Below are positions 51,107 to 59,518 of a stretch of 64,000 bases of DNA, one piece after another. How positions within the stretch are numbered: position 1 is the stretch's first letter; the number at the start of each line of letters is the position of its first letter. Origin of the DNA: Bradymonadia bacterium (GTDB lineage: Bacteria > Myxococcota_A > Bradymonadia > UBA7976 > UBA1532); the NCBI GenBank assembly GCA_046290225.1, contig JBKAGE010000078.1:160001-224000 (forward strand), given 5' to 3'. The notes beneath the pieces are model-generated. The model did no database searches. It saw only the letters and a list, made by a program, of their open reading frames with translations, and was not told the origin of the DNA. The position numbers and the translations under genes are program-made.

Positions 51107-52225
51107 TCATGGGTCCGAGGCCTGCAGTCGACGCCACAGGTCCGCGAGAATTTGTTCTGCGTCGTTGGCCCCCGCCTGAATGTGGGCGCCTTTCTCCGCA
51201 AGGGCCTCGACCTCTTCCGGTCGAGTGAGCATCTCGGTCACCGCCTCGGCCAGAGCACCGGGATGGGCCGCTTCGAAGTATCGCGCGGCGGGGCCAGTGT
51301 ACGCTCTGATGGCGGGCAAGTCTGCGGCGACGAGGGGCCGGCCGCTGGCGAGGGACCAGTGGGCCCCCCAGGGGGTCACAGCGCCGGCGAGCACTGCATG
51401 CTCAGGTCGCAGCGGGCAGATGACCAGCCTGCTGGTACGCAGTCGGTGGGGCAGCTCATCGAGGCGCGCCAGGGTCACCTGACTCTCCAAGCCAAGACTC
51501 TGAATGAGGCTGCGGACTGGCTGAGCCCTGCCGTCGTCGGGGACGACGAGGGTGAGCCGCCAGGGCACCTTCACCCGCGCCATGCCGTGCAGCAGCTCCT
51601 GCCAGCCGCTCCAGGGCTGAAGGCCCTCTACGTACAGGCACTGTGGCAACGCGGGGAGCGGCCCGGGCGACTCGAGCGTCGGCGCAGGATCTCGCACCGT
51701 GATCACCTTCGACGAAGCGACGCCCCTGCGGACGAGGGCCGACGCCTCCACGGTGGAGCGCGCCACTACGGCATCGGCCCGGGCGAGCACCTTGTCCTCG
51801 AGGGTGGCGAGATCAGCGAGTCGCGCTGCTGGGAGATCCGGATCTTTCGCTCGAAGGGCCATGGAGGGGGTGATCCCCGGCTCCACCACCACCTTGAGAC
51901 CCGCACGGCGGCGCATGACCACGGGGACAGCTGCGGTGATGCCCATCACGTGCACCAGCTGTGGCCGGATACGGTCGAGGGCGGGGCCCACCCGGTCAGC
52001 AACCTCACGGGCGAGGGCGTCAGGCGCCGCCCCCGGAGGGGCCTGCAGCTGGATGTGTCGCAGGCCCACCACCTCGGGCCAGTGGATCACCGGCGAGGGG
52101 CTCAGCACTCGGCCGCCGCCCGTCTCACCGAGCAGGACCGCTCTGCGGGCCACACGGGTCACCTCGGGGCCTGCCTCGTGCATGGAAATGGCGCTCACCA
52201 GCACCCGCTGGCCCGAAAGGCTCAT
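51107..52225 (-). CDS. GT-B fold glycosyltransferase (family 4-like), divergent
   Basis: ADAVVARS, GLQPWSG, ASGRPLVAADLP; ATGA overlap with lipA. Confidence 0.7.
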   Translation of the reverse strand: MSLSGQRVLVSAISMHEAGPEVTRVARRAVLLGETGGGRVLSPSPVIHWPEVVGLRHIQLQAPPGAAPDALAREVADRVGPALDRIRPQLVHVMGITAAVPVVMRRRAGLKVVVEPGITPSMALRAKDPDLPAARLADLATLEDKVLARADAVVARSTVEASALVRRGVASSKVITVRDPAPTLESPGPLPALPQCLYVEGLQPWSGWQELLHGMARVKVPWRLTLVVPDDGRAQPVRSLIQSLGLESQVTLARLDELPHRLRTSRLVICPLRPEHAVLAGAVTPWGAHWSLASGRPLVAADLPAIRAYTGPAARYFEAAHPGALAEAVTEMLTRPEEVEALAEKGAHIQAGANDAEQILADLWRRLQASDP

Positions 52226-53214
52226 TCGGCGCCCTCTGATACAGGTGCACCCTGCTGTGCATGGAGCAGGGCTTCGGCAGCATTGTAGGAAGACCGCACA
52301 AAGGGCCCGGCGAACACATGCTCGAAGCCCAGGTCATCACCCCAGCGCTTCAGCTGGGCATAGGCCTCCTCAGTGAGATACTCCACCACGGGTACGTGGC
52401 GAATGCTCGGGCGCAGGTACTGACCGATGGTCATGATGTTCACCCCCGCCTCCCTCAGATCACCCATGAGGGCCTTGATCTCCTCAGGCTGCTCACCGAG
52501 GCCCACCATCATGCCGCTCTTGGTCACCGTCTCGGGGTGGTGAGCGCTCACGTGAGCCAGCACGCCGAGTGACCAGTGATATCGGGCCCGAGGCCTGACC
52601 CGGCTGTACAGGCGCGGCACCGTCTCCACATTGTGATTGAAGACGTCCACGGGCCCTGAGGCCACCACATCGACGGCATCGAGATCACCGCGAAAGTCGG
52701 GGGTGAGCACTTCGATGACCGCTTCGGGCATCTCTGCCCTCACCGCCTCGGTCACCGCTCTGATGTGGGCAGCACCGCCATCGGGCAGGTCATCGCGATC
52801 GACGCTGGTGATCACCACATGGGCGAGACCCAGCGTCGCCGCGGCTTCTGCCACCCGGCGAGGCTCATCGGGATCGAGGGGCAAAGGCACCCCGGTGTCG
52901 ACGGCGCAGAACCCACATGCGCGGGTACAAATACTGCCCATAACCATGAACGTCGCCGTGCGTCGCTCGAAGCACTCGGCGAGGTTGGGGCACCGGGCCT
53001 CTTCGCACACCGTCACCAGCTGGGAAGAACGCAACAGGCGGCGTACGTCGCGTACGCGCTCGCCCTTCCCCATCTTGCGTTTCAGGAAGTCGGGCAGCCT
53101 CAGGGCCTGGCGATCGCGACCGAAGCGATCCCCAGGGGGATGGGCCTGAAGGACCGGCAGAGCCTCACCCCGTCGGCGAGGCTCTGGAGGAGAGGCCCCT
53201 TGAGAAGATGACAT
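52222..53214 (-). CDS. lipA: Lipoyl synthase
   Basis: CEEARCPNLAEC, CTRACGFC, NHNVETV, GQYLRPS, RSSY. Confidence 0.97.
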   Translation of the reverse strand: MSSSQGASPPEPRRRGEALPVLQAHPPGDRFGRDRQALRLPDFLKRKMGKGERVRDVRRLLRSSQLVTVCEEARCPNLAECFERRTATFMVMGSICTRACGFCAVDTGVPLPLDPDEPRRVAEAAATLGLAHVVITSVDRDDLPDGGAAHIRAVTEAVRAEMPEAVIEVLTPDFRGDLDAVDVVASGPVDVFNHNVETVPRLYSRVRPRARYHWSLGVLAHVSAHHPETVTKSGMMVGLGEQPEEIKALMGDLREAGVNIMTIGQYLRPSIRHVPVVEYLTEEAYAQLKRWGDDLGFEHVFAGPFVRSSYNAAEALLHAQQGAPVSEGAE

Positions 53215-53275
53215 CACACGCTCCTGGGCTGGCGGGTTCCTAACACGGGCCTCGAAAGAAGACAAGTGAGGGTGG

Positions 53276-53304
53276 TTGACAACGGGGGGTGACCCCCTTA
53301 ACCT
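53276..53304 (+). promoter_or_regulatory. Sigma70-type promoter for rpsU
   Basis: TTGACA (53276-53281), 17-bp spacer, TAACCT (53299-53304). Confidence 0.7.
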
Positions 53305-53410
53305 CCCTGCGCCTCGGGCCGTATGTGTTTAAGGTTCTGCGGGTGGTGCTTCGTGCTCACCCGGTTTTTATGAAGCCCGATTATGAAACACTCTGAAAGG
53401 TGGTGGTTTC

Positions 53411-53665
53411 TTGAGCTCCAGCTCCGCTCCCCAAACCGAACTCGTCCTTCGTCCCCTCGAGGTGGTGGTCGAAGGCGACAACTTCGAGCGGGCCGTCAAG
53501 GCCCTCAAGCGCCGTGTGGCCCAGGAGGGCATCTACAAAGAGCTTAAGCGGCGTCGTTTTTATGAAAAGCCCTCGGTGAAGGCCAAGCGCAAGCAGCGCG
53601 AGGCCGAGCGTCGTCGTCGCAAAGAGCGTCGTCGCGCCATCCGGGCTGCAGCGCGCCGCAAGTAA
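53411..53665 (+). CDS. rpsU: 30S ribosomal protein S21
   Basis: FERAVKALKR, ELKRRRFYEKPS, Arg-rich tail; TTG start. Confidence 0.93.
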   Translation: MSSSSAPQTELVLRPLEVVVEGDNFERAVKALKRRVAQEGIYKELKRRRFYEKPSVKAKRKQREAERRRRKERRRAIRAAARRK

Positions 53666-53746
53666 GCCGCCTCCTGGTCCCTCCCTCTACCTCGACCTCT
53701 CGGTCCCCACTCCAATCACTTCCCACTCACTTCACAGTATCCTGCC

Positions 53747-53944
53747 ATGCTCACTGGTTATGAAGGCCTCAAGGTGTTCACCGCCGCCAAGTCATCAGAG
53801 CGCGAGCGTCTCGGCACTCGTCTCACCGACTGGCTCGCCAGCACCCCGGACATCGAGGTCGTGGACACCATCGTCCGCCAAAGCAGCGACAATCAGTTTC
53901 ACTGCCTTTCCATCCTCGTTTTCTACCGACGCAGAACTTTTTAA
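53747..53944 (+). CDS. Small hypothetical protein (65 aa)
   Basis: LKVFTAAK..ERERLG...TDWL...EVVD..VRQSSDNQFHCLSILVFY resembles, from recollection, a small myxobacterial family. Confidence 0.7.
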   Translation: MLTGYEGLKVFTAAKSSERERLGTRLTDWLASTPDIEVVDTIVRQSSDNQFHCLSILVFYRRRTF

Positions 53945-54022
53945 TCTCTGCCACCTGGGCTAAGTTGAAACCCGAGGCACGCCCTGTGTCGAACGGTCAT
54001 CACCCCAACCTCGAGTGAGCCG

Positions 54023-56416
54023 GTGGAGAAGAGCCCCACACCCGTGGCCACTTCGGTCACCCGGAAAGACGAGCCCTCGGTCAACGATCTCATCGATCGA
54101 CTGCTCGACATCACCCCTCGGTTCGAGATCCAGGGGGAGCTGGCCCGTGGCGCCATGGGCCGCATCATGGCCGGATGGGACCTCCACCTTGGTCGGCCGG
54201 TGGCCATCAAGCTGCTGCGCAGATCCACCCCTCGAGATCTCGATCGGATTCGGTTCCTCGAAGAGGCCCAGGTCACTGGCCAGCTGCAACACCCCAGCAT
54301 CATGCCGGTGTACGAGATCGGCCGTATTCAAGATCAGGTGGGCTTCGTCATGAAGCGCATCGAGGGTCGCAGCCTCAAGGAGATCATCGGCAGCCTGCAG
54401 CGCGGTGAGCCCGATGTGGAGCGCGAGTTCGGCCTGAACCGGATTCTGCAGATCTTCGGCCGCCTGTGTCTCGCCGTGGCCTATGCCCACAGTCGGGGCG
54501 TGGTCCACCGCGATCTCAAGCCTTCCAATGTGATGGTGGGTGACTTCGGCGAGGTGGTGCTCCTCGACTGGGGTCTGTGCAAGATCATCAGCCAGCAGAC
54601 GCGGTCATCGAGATCCACGAGCGGACGTTGGCGCACGGTGCACGGTCAAATCATCGGTACGCCAGCGTACATGGCCCCCGAACAGGCCATGGGTCAGATC
54701 GACGCCGTAGATCCTCGCACGGATGTCTATGGTCTCGGCGCGATTCTGTATCACCTGCTCACCCTGGCCCCGCCCTTTGGGGGCAAGAGCAACCGCGAGA
54801 TCATCCGCAAGGTGCTCAACGGCACGGTGCCTTCGGCGCGCAAGCGTGCCCCTCACCGGGACATCCCACCAGAGGTGGAGCGCCTGGTGATGACCTGCCT
54901 GTCACGTGATCCGGCGGAGCGCTATCCGAACGCCAAGGCCGTCACCGACGCCCTCGACCATCTGCGCAACGCCGGTGCGTTGAGCGAGACCCGCACCCAC
55001 CCCATGATCATGGACAGCGTGGACACCCGCATCGAAGAGTGTCTCGCCAAGGGTGTCGCGGCGCTGAACCGCCAGCAGAGCCTGCTCGAAGATGCCGCGC
55101 TGGTCTCCGACACTTTGCTCACGGGGCAGCTCGAAGTGGCCCCCGATGATCCGCCGGAGGCAAAGGCCGCCGTCTGGAGTGCCGAAGATCGGCTGGTACA
55201 GCTCGAGGCCCAAGTCGCGGAGGCCTATGCAGAGGCAGTCGCGGCGCTCACCACCGTCGTGGCCCTGGATCGTGATCACTACGAAGCTCGATCCATGCTG
55301 TGCGATCTCTTCATGGCCCGGTACGACAGGGCCGAGGCCAGCGGTGACGGTCCGGGGTTGTCGTACTACCGACGCCTCATCGCCGAATATCACGACGGTC
55401 GGCACCAGGCCTTCCTCGACGATCGGGGCAGTTTGCAGGTGGATATTCACCCGCCTGAGGCCGAGGTCTGGCTCACCCGGTTCGAGGCCCGCTCGCGACG
55501 TCTGACCTCGGAGGACCCGCAGCCACTCACCGGGCAGCCGCTCATGCTCCGAGATCTCCCCGCAGGGCGGTATCAGATCAGGGCCACAGCTCCGGGTCAC
55601 GAGGCTCTGATCACCACTTTGATCATCCAGTCGGGTCAGAGCACGCGGTTGCGGTTGCGCATGTTGCCTCACCACATGGTGCCCGACGGCTTCGTGCACA
55701 TCCCCGCCGGTACGTTCAGGTATGGATCCGCCCGCAGCTCTATCTGGATGCCAAGCGAGCAGGCCCTGCCGGACTTCCTCATCGGGCACAGGCCGGTCAC
55801 AGTGGCCGAGTACGGGCACTTCGTGCAGGACGTCGCCTCAAGAAACCCTCAGGAGGCTCTGGCCAGAGTACCGCGGACCCACGACGGTACAGCGCCAGCC
55901 TGGCAAATCAGTCAGAGGGGTGAGGTGCTGATTCCCGGTGTGAACGGGACCCCTGGCCCCTGGCAGGCAGAGAGCCCTGTGGTCTCCATCTCGGCCCACG
56001 ACGCCGCTGCTTACTGTCAGTGGCTCGGAGAGCGCCTGGGCGCACGTCTCCGGCTGCCCACCGAAGAAGAATGGGAGAAGGCGTGTCGGGGTGCCGACGG
56101 GCGACACTACCCCTGGGGTTTTCACTGGGAAGCCACATATACAGTGTGCCCGGAGACATGGTCAGGGCCGCTGCCCCCTGCAGTGGGCCATGCCCCAGCA
56201 GACTTGTCCCCTTATGGCGTGCAGGATCTCGCTGGCTGTGTCCGAGAGTGGACCGCAACCCTTGAGCCCGGACCACGAACCCAGGTGGCCATTCGAGGGG
56301 GCTCCTTTTTGACAGGTGGCCAAGGCAGCCGCCCGGCATGGGCCAGAGATGTGAGCCCTGCGAACCGAACAGCCCCGGATTTGGGCTTCCGCCTCGCCCG
56401 GGACATCACCTTCTGA
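54023..56416 (+). CDS. Ser/Thr protein kinase fused to an FGE-sulfatase (SUMF1) domain
   Basis: RGAMG, VAIK, HRDLKPSN, DWG, GTPAYMAPE; RLPTEEEWEKA, YPWG, DLAGCVREW, GFR. Confidence 0.92.
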   Translation: MEKSPTPVATSVTRKDEPSVNDLIDRLLDITPRFEIQGELARGAMGRIMAGWDLHLGRPVAIKLLRRSTPRDLDRIRFLEEAQVTGQLQHPSIMPVYEIGRIQDQVGFVMKRIEGRSLKEIIGSLQRGEPDVEREFGLNRILQIFGRLCLAVAYAHSRGVVHRDLKPSNVMVGDFGEVVLLDWGLCKIISQQTRSSRSTSGRWRTVHGQIIGTPAYMAPEQAMGQIDAVDPRTDVYGLGAILYHLLTLAPPFGGKSNREIIRKVLNGTVPSARKRAPHRDIPPEVERLVMTCLSRDPAERYPNAKAVTDALDHLRNAGALSETRTHPMIMDSVDTRIEECLAKGVAALNRQQSLLEDAALVSDTLLTGQLEVAPDDPPEAKAAVWSAEDRLVQLEAQVAEAYAEAVAALTTVVALDRDHYEARSMLCDLFMARYDRAEASGDGPGLSYYRRLIAEYHDGRHQAFLDDRGSLQVDIHPPEAEVWLTRFEARSRRLTSEDPQPLTGQPLMLRDLPAGRYQIRATAPGHEALITTLIIQSGQSTRLRLRMLPHHMVPDGFVHIPAGTFRYGSARSSIWMPSEQALPDFLIGHRPVTVAEYGHFVQDVASRNPQEALARVPRTHDGTAPAWQISQRGEVLIPGVNGTPGPWQAESPVVSISAHDAAAYCQWLGERLGARLRLPTEEEWEKACRGADGRHYPWGFHWEATYTVCPETWSGPLPPAVGHAPADLSPYGVQDLAGCVREWTATLEPGPRTQVAIRGGSFLTGGQGSRPAWARDVSPANRTAPDLGFRLARDITF

Positions 56417-56591
56417 GTACGTATCAAAATCCCATATTGAAAGCCCATATAGGCATCACTGCACATCGAGGTGTTGTGGTCGTTGCCAGCCTTTGGCAAC
56501 ATCAGCGCCCCTCATCGGCGCCGAGCGACGGCCCACCCTTTGAGGTCAAGGGGCTCACACTCCCCGTTCGAGAATTCTGGAGAAGCGCACT

Positions 56592-57458
56592 GTGACAGCG
56601 ACCGTGGTGGTGGATGAATCCGACATCAAGACCCTCGACGATCAGCTCTGGCGTCGTCTGGGCATTACTCAGACCTTCGAGCAGCTGCTCGTCAAGGCCG
56701 TGGCCACTCACCCCGGTGAGATGACCGCGGTGCGAGACTTCGCCGGCCAGAGCCTGCAAGGTGGCGCAGCGAAGTTCTGGGAGATGAGCTTCCCCAAGCT
56801 CGTCAAGGATCTGACCAAGCGACAGATCCTCGCCAGCAGCGATGGCCAGGTGGCCCTCTCTGACGACTTCGGCGATCGACTGAGCAAGCTCATCGAAGGC
56901 CAGCGTGCTGGCGACAGCCGCGTGGCCCCGACGCCGGGTGTCACCTTGGAAGACGTGCTCGCTCAGGCGAAGGCCCGTGAAGAGCGTCTCAAGGCCATCG
57001 AGAAAGAGAAGAAGAAGACCACCCGCAAGACAGCAACGAAGAAGTCTGCGGGCAGCGCCACGCCAAAGAAGCGGGCCGGCGACTCTTCCGAGGCCAAGGC
57101 CACGCCTGCAAAGGCAGCTGCGGCGAAGGTGGTGCCCACCGTCGCTGAAGAGCCTGCTGTGACGCAGATCCCTGCAAAGGATCTGTTCAACAGCCGTCGG
57201 GTGAACCGTTTGCTCGATGCCCTCGACAACAACCAGCTCTCCCTCGACCAGCTGGGCTCGCGTCTCGGGCTCTCAGGCCACAGCCTGAAGCGCTTCATCG
57301 ACACGACGAGTGCCCTGAACCTCACCCGGCAGCAGGAGAACCTCGTCGAGCTGCACTGGGATGGCCGGGAGCTGGCCCGCACCACCGACATCGATCGCCG
57401 CCGGGCGGTGATGGATACAGTGAAGAAACTGCGTGAAAGTGCAGAAGAGAACGAATAG
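56592..57458 (+). CDS. Hypothetical protein with Lys/Ala-rich linker and possible winged-helix domains
   Basis: KEKKKTTRKTATKKSAG linker; C-terminal LSLDQLGSRLGLSGHSLKRF...LHWDGRELA. Confidence 0.65.
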   Translation: MTATVVVDESDIKTLDDQLWRRLGITQTFEQLLVKAVATHPGEMTAVRDFAGQSLQGGAAKFWEMSFPKLVKDLTKRQILASSDGQVALSDDFGDRLSKLIEGQRAGDSRVAPTPGVTLEDVLAQAKAREERLKAIEKEKKKTTRKTATKKSAGSATPKKRAGDSSEAKATPAKAAAAKVVPTVAEEPAVTQIPAKDLFNSRRVNRLLDALDNNQLSLDQLGSRLGLSGHSLKRFIDTTSALNLTRQQENLVELHWDGRELARTTDIDRRRAVMDTVKKLRESAEENE

Positions 57459-57547
57459 CACCTCTGTATCCCCCAATACCTGACCCACCCTCAAGCTCAC
57501 TCACACCATCGACCGACATCTTATCTGTCAACTGAGGCAGACAAGGT

Positions 57548-57874
57548 GTGTTCGTGGCGACTACCCTTCACCGGTCTTTTCCCCGCATTCATATGCCCAT
57601 CGAGGTCAGCTGCGAAGAGCTGCCTCACTGTGGTCCGATCACCACACGAGACATTTCAGTGGGTGGGGTCTTTCTCTTCACCGCCTCCGAGGTTGCCCTC
57701 GGTACGGTCCTCCACATGCGATTTGTGTGTGATGGTGCCCGACTGAAGGCCACAGGTGAAGTCGTGCATCGACTTCCAGGCATCGGTGTCGGTGTGGCCT
57801 TCAGGGTGGTCGATGCGCGTTGGGCGGGTCAGGTGGAGTCGTTCATTCTCGCCGCCGAAGCACAGGCGGCCTGA
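57548..57874 (+). CDS. Single-domain PilZ protein
   Basis: RSFPR, DISVGGVF, GEVV...GVGVAF. Confidence 0.75.
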   Translation: MFVATTLHRSFPRIHMPIEVSCEELPHCGPITTRDISVGGVFLFTASEVALGTVLHMRFVCDGARLKATGEVVHRLPGIGVGVAFRVVDARWAGQVESFILAAEAQAA

Positions 57875-57882
57875 CCACACTC

Positions 57883-58956
57883 TCAGAAACGGCCATGGAG
57901 CAAGAGTCCGCCAGGGCTCGCTGTGACACCCACTGACGACTTTTGCTCTGGGGTCTCCTCGTAAAACCACAGGAAATAGACAGCTGTGCCCGCAGCTACG
58001 GCAGTCACAGCCCACCCGACATTGGCCAGGGTGCGCTTGCGGTTGAACTCAGCCTCAAGATCGCTGAAAGGCTCATTGGCAGCCTTTCGATCTTCTGCTT
58101 GTGACTGCAGGTCGAGGACATCCAAGCCAATGATGGTCGATGCCGTGGCCGCACCCAGAGCGATGACACCGGATCCAACACCCAACCACAGACCGGCGTT
58201 GTCGCCCTCGGTGGGTTTCTTCGGCTTGACCACCACCTCGGGTGGGGCAGGTGGGAGGGCGATCTCGATGGTGCGTGGTCCTTGGGACTGCTGCAGGCTG
58301 AACCGCTGAGTCACACGGCGAGTGTCCATCTCCACCGTGACACTGTGCTCACCCACTGGGAGCCGCATGGCCACTGGCGTACGCCCCCTCGGCCGACCGT
58401 CGAGGTTGATGCGCGCACCTGTGGGGTTGCTCAAAAAGGTCACCTTGACCTCTGCGGGGCGGATCTGACGCAACAAGATGTCGAAAATCTGCTCGGCGAG
58501 GCTGGCCTGCCAACCTTCCCCCTCAGCTCTCAGGCGGCTCTGTTGGAGCACCTTCTTGCTGTTGACCTCGATGATCGCCACTTCGAACCACCACCCATCA
58601 TCTTGAGTGGTGAGCTTGCCCCACATCAGCCAGTCCGCTTTGAAGTTGGCGCCGACTTGAGCCATGCAAACGGGCTGCTCGTCGAAGCAGCCCAAGGTCA
58701 GCCTGGCATCTTCGAGAGACATGACCACGGGGCCCACCTCGGTGAGATCCTGGTCACCCTCGATGAGCTTTCTCAACACAGTGAGCAACTCATCTGCAGC
58801 GCCGGTGTAGGCGGACTCCGCTTCAAAGGGCACGATGGCCAGAGAGACGCTGTCGGCAGCTGGAGGCGCAGCAACACTCTCACGGGGTGTAATTACGGTG
58901 ATCAGGAATGAAATGATCAGCCAGGAAAAGGCGCTTCGCACGGAGATCTCGACCAT
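57883..58956 (-). CDS. PEGA-domain exported protein
   Basis: Signal peptide; SNPTGARINLDG..RGRTP PEGA motif; C-terminal hydrophobic hairpin ending GRF. Confidence 0.85.
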   Translation of the reverse strand: MVEISVRSAFSWLIISFLITVITPRESVAAPPAADSVSLAIVPFEAESAYTGAADELLTVLRKLIEGDQDLTEVGPVVMSLEDARLTLGCFDEQPVCMAQVGANFKADWLMWGKLTTQDDGWWFEVAIIEVNSKKVLQQSRLRAEGEGWQASLAEQIFDILLRQIRPAEVKVTFLSNPTGARINLDGRPRGRTPVAMRLPVGEHSVTVEMDTRRVTQRFSLQQSQGPRTIEIALPPAPPEVVVKPKKPTEGDNAGLWLGVGSGVIALGAATASTIIGLDVLDLQSQAEDRKAANEPFSDLEAEFNRKRTLANVGWAVTAVAAGTAVYFLWFYEETPEQKSSVGVTASPGGLLLHGRF

Positions 58957-59044
58957 GTTCGCCGCTCTGTGATTCCTCTGGGGAAGACCATAGCACGGGG
59001 TAGCCTTCGTGACTCCCCTTCTCCGCCCTTCTCCGCCACCTCGC

Positions 59045-59518
59045 TCAGGGGATCATGCGGGAGAGCCTGATGGCGGTGTCGTCACCGCTGGGGGCGTTGG
59101 CCCTGAAGACCATCATCTGGCTGTAGATGGCGCCTCGACGTTTGGGGGTGATCCAGGCGTAGCCGGCGCCATCGATGCCGGGCTCTACACGAAATCCGTT
59201 GCCCTTGACACTCATCTTGAGCAACGGGAAGCGCTCCACGTAGTACCGCTTCATGATTTGCATTTTGGGGCCGCAGTGGAACCTGAGCCACTCTCGATCT
59301 GCCGCCTTGGGCACACAGCCTTCCGGAATGGAAACGCCCCAAAGGACATCTCCCGAAGGTTGAGGCAAACCTGCGAGTGGATCGACATAGCCTTCTGGAC
59401 GACCCGCATCAGCCACCACCGCATCAGGTCCGCTGACCTCAGCGTCGGGCGTAGACGTTGTCGATGAGCACCCAAAAAGCAGACAGAGGGTGCCGGCCAG
59501 GCCTGCTCTAGTCAGCAA
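59045..59518 (-). CDS. Hypothetical lipoprotein
   Basis: LCLLFGC lipobox; overlaps the end of pilY1. Confidence 0.55.
   Translation of the reverse strand: MLTRAGLAGTLCLLFGCSSTTSTPDAEVSGPDAVVADAGRPEGYVDPLAGLPQPSGDVLWGVSIPEGCVPKAADREWLRFHCGPKMQIMKRYYVERFPLLKMSVKGNGFRVEPGIDGAGYAWITPKRRGAIYSQMMVFRANAPSGDDTAIRLSRMIP

Noticed and set aside
56280..56416. Possible DGR variable region at the end of the FGE domain
   Set aside because: No template repeat or reverse transcriptase seen in the window
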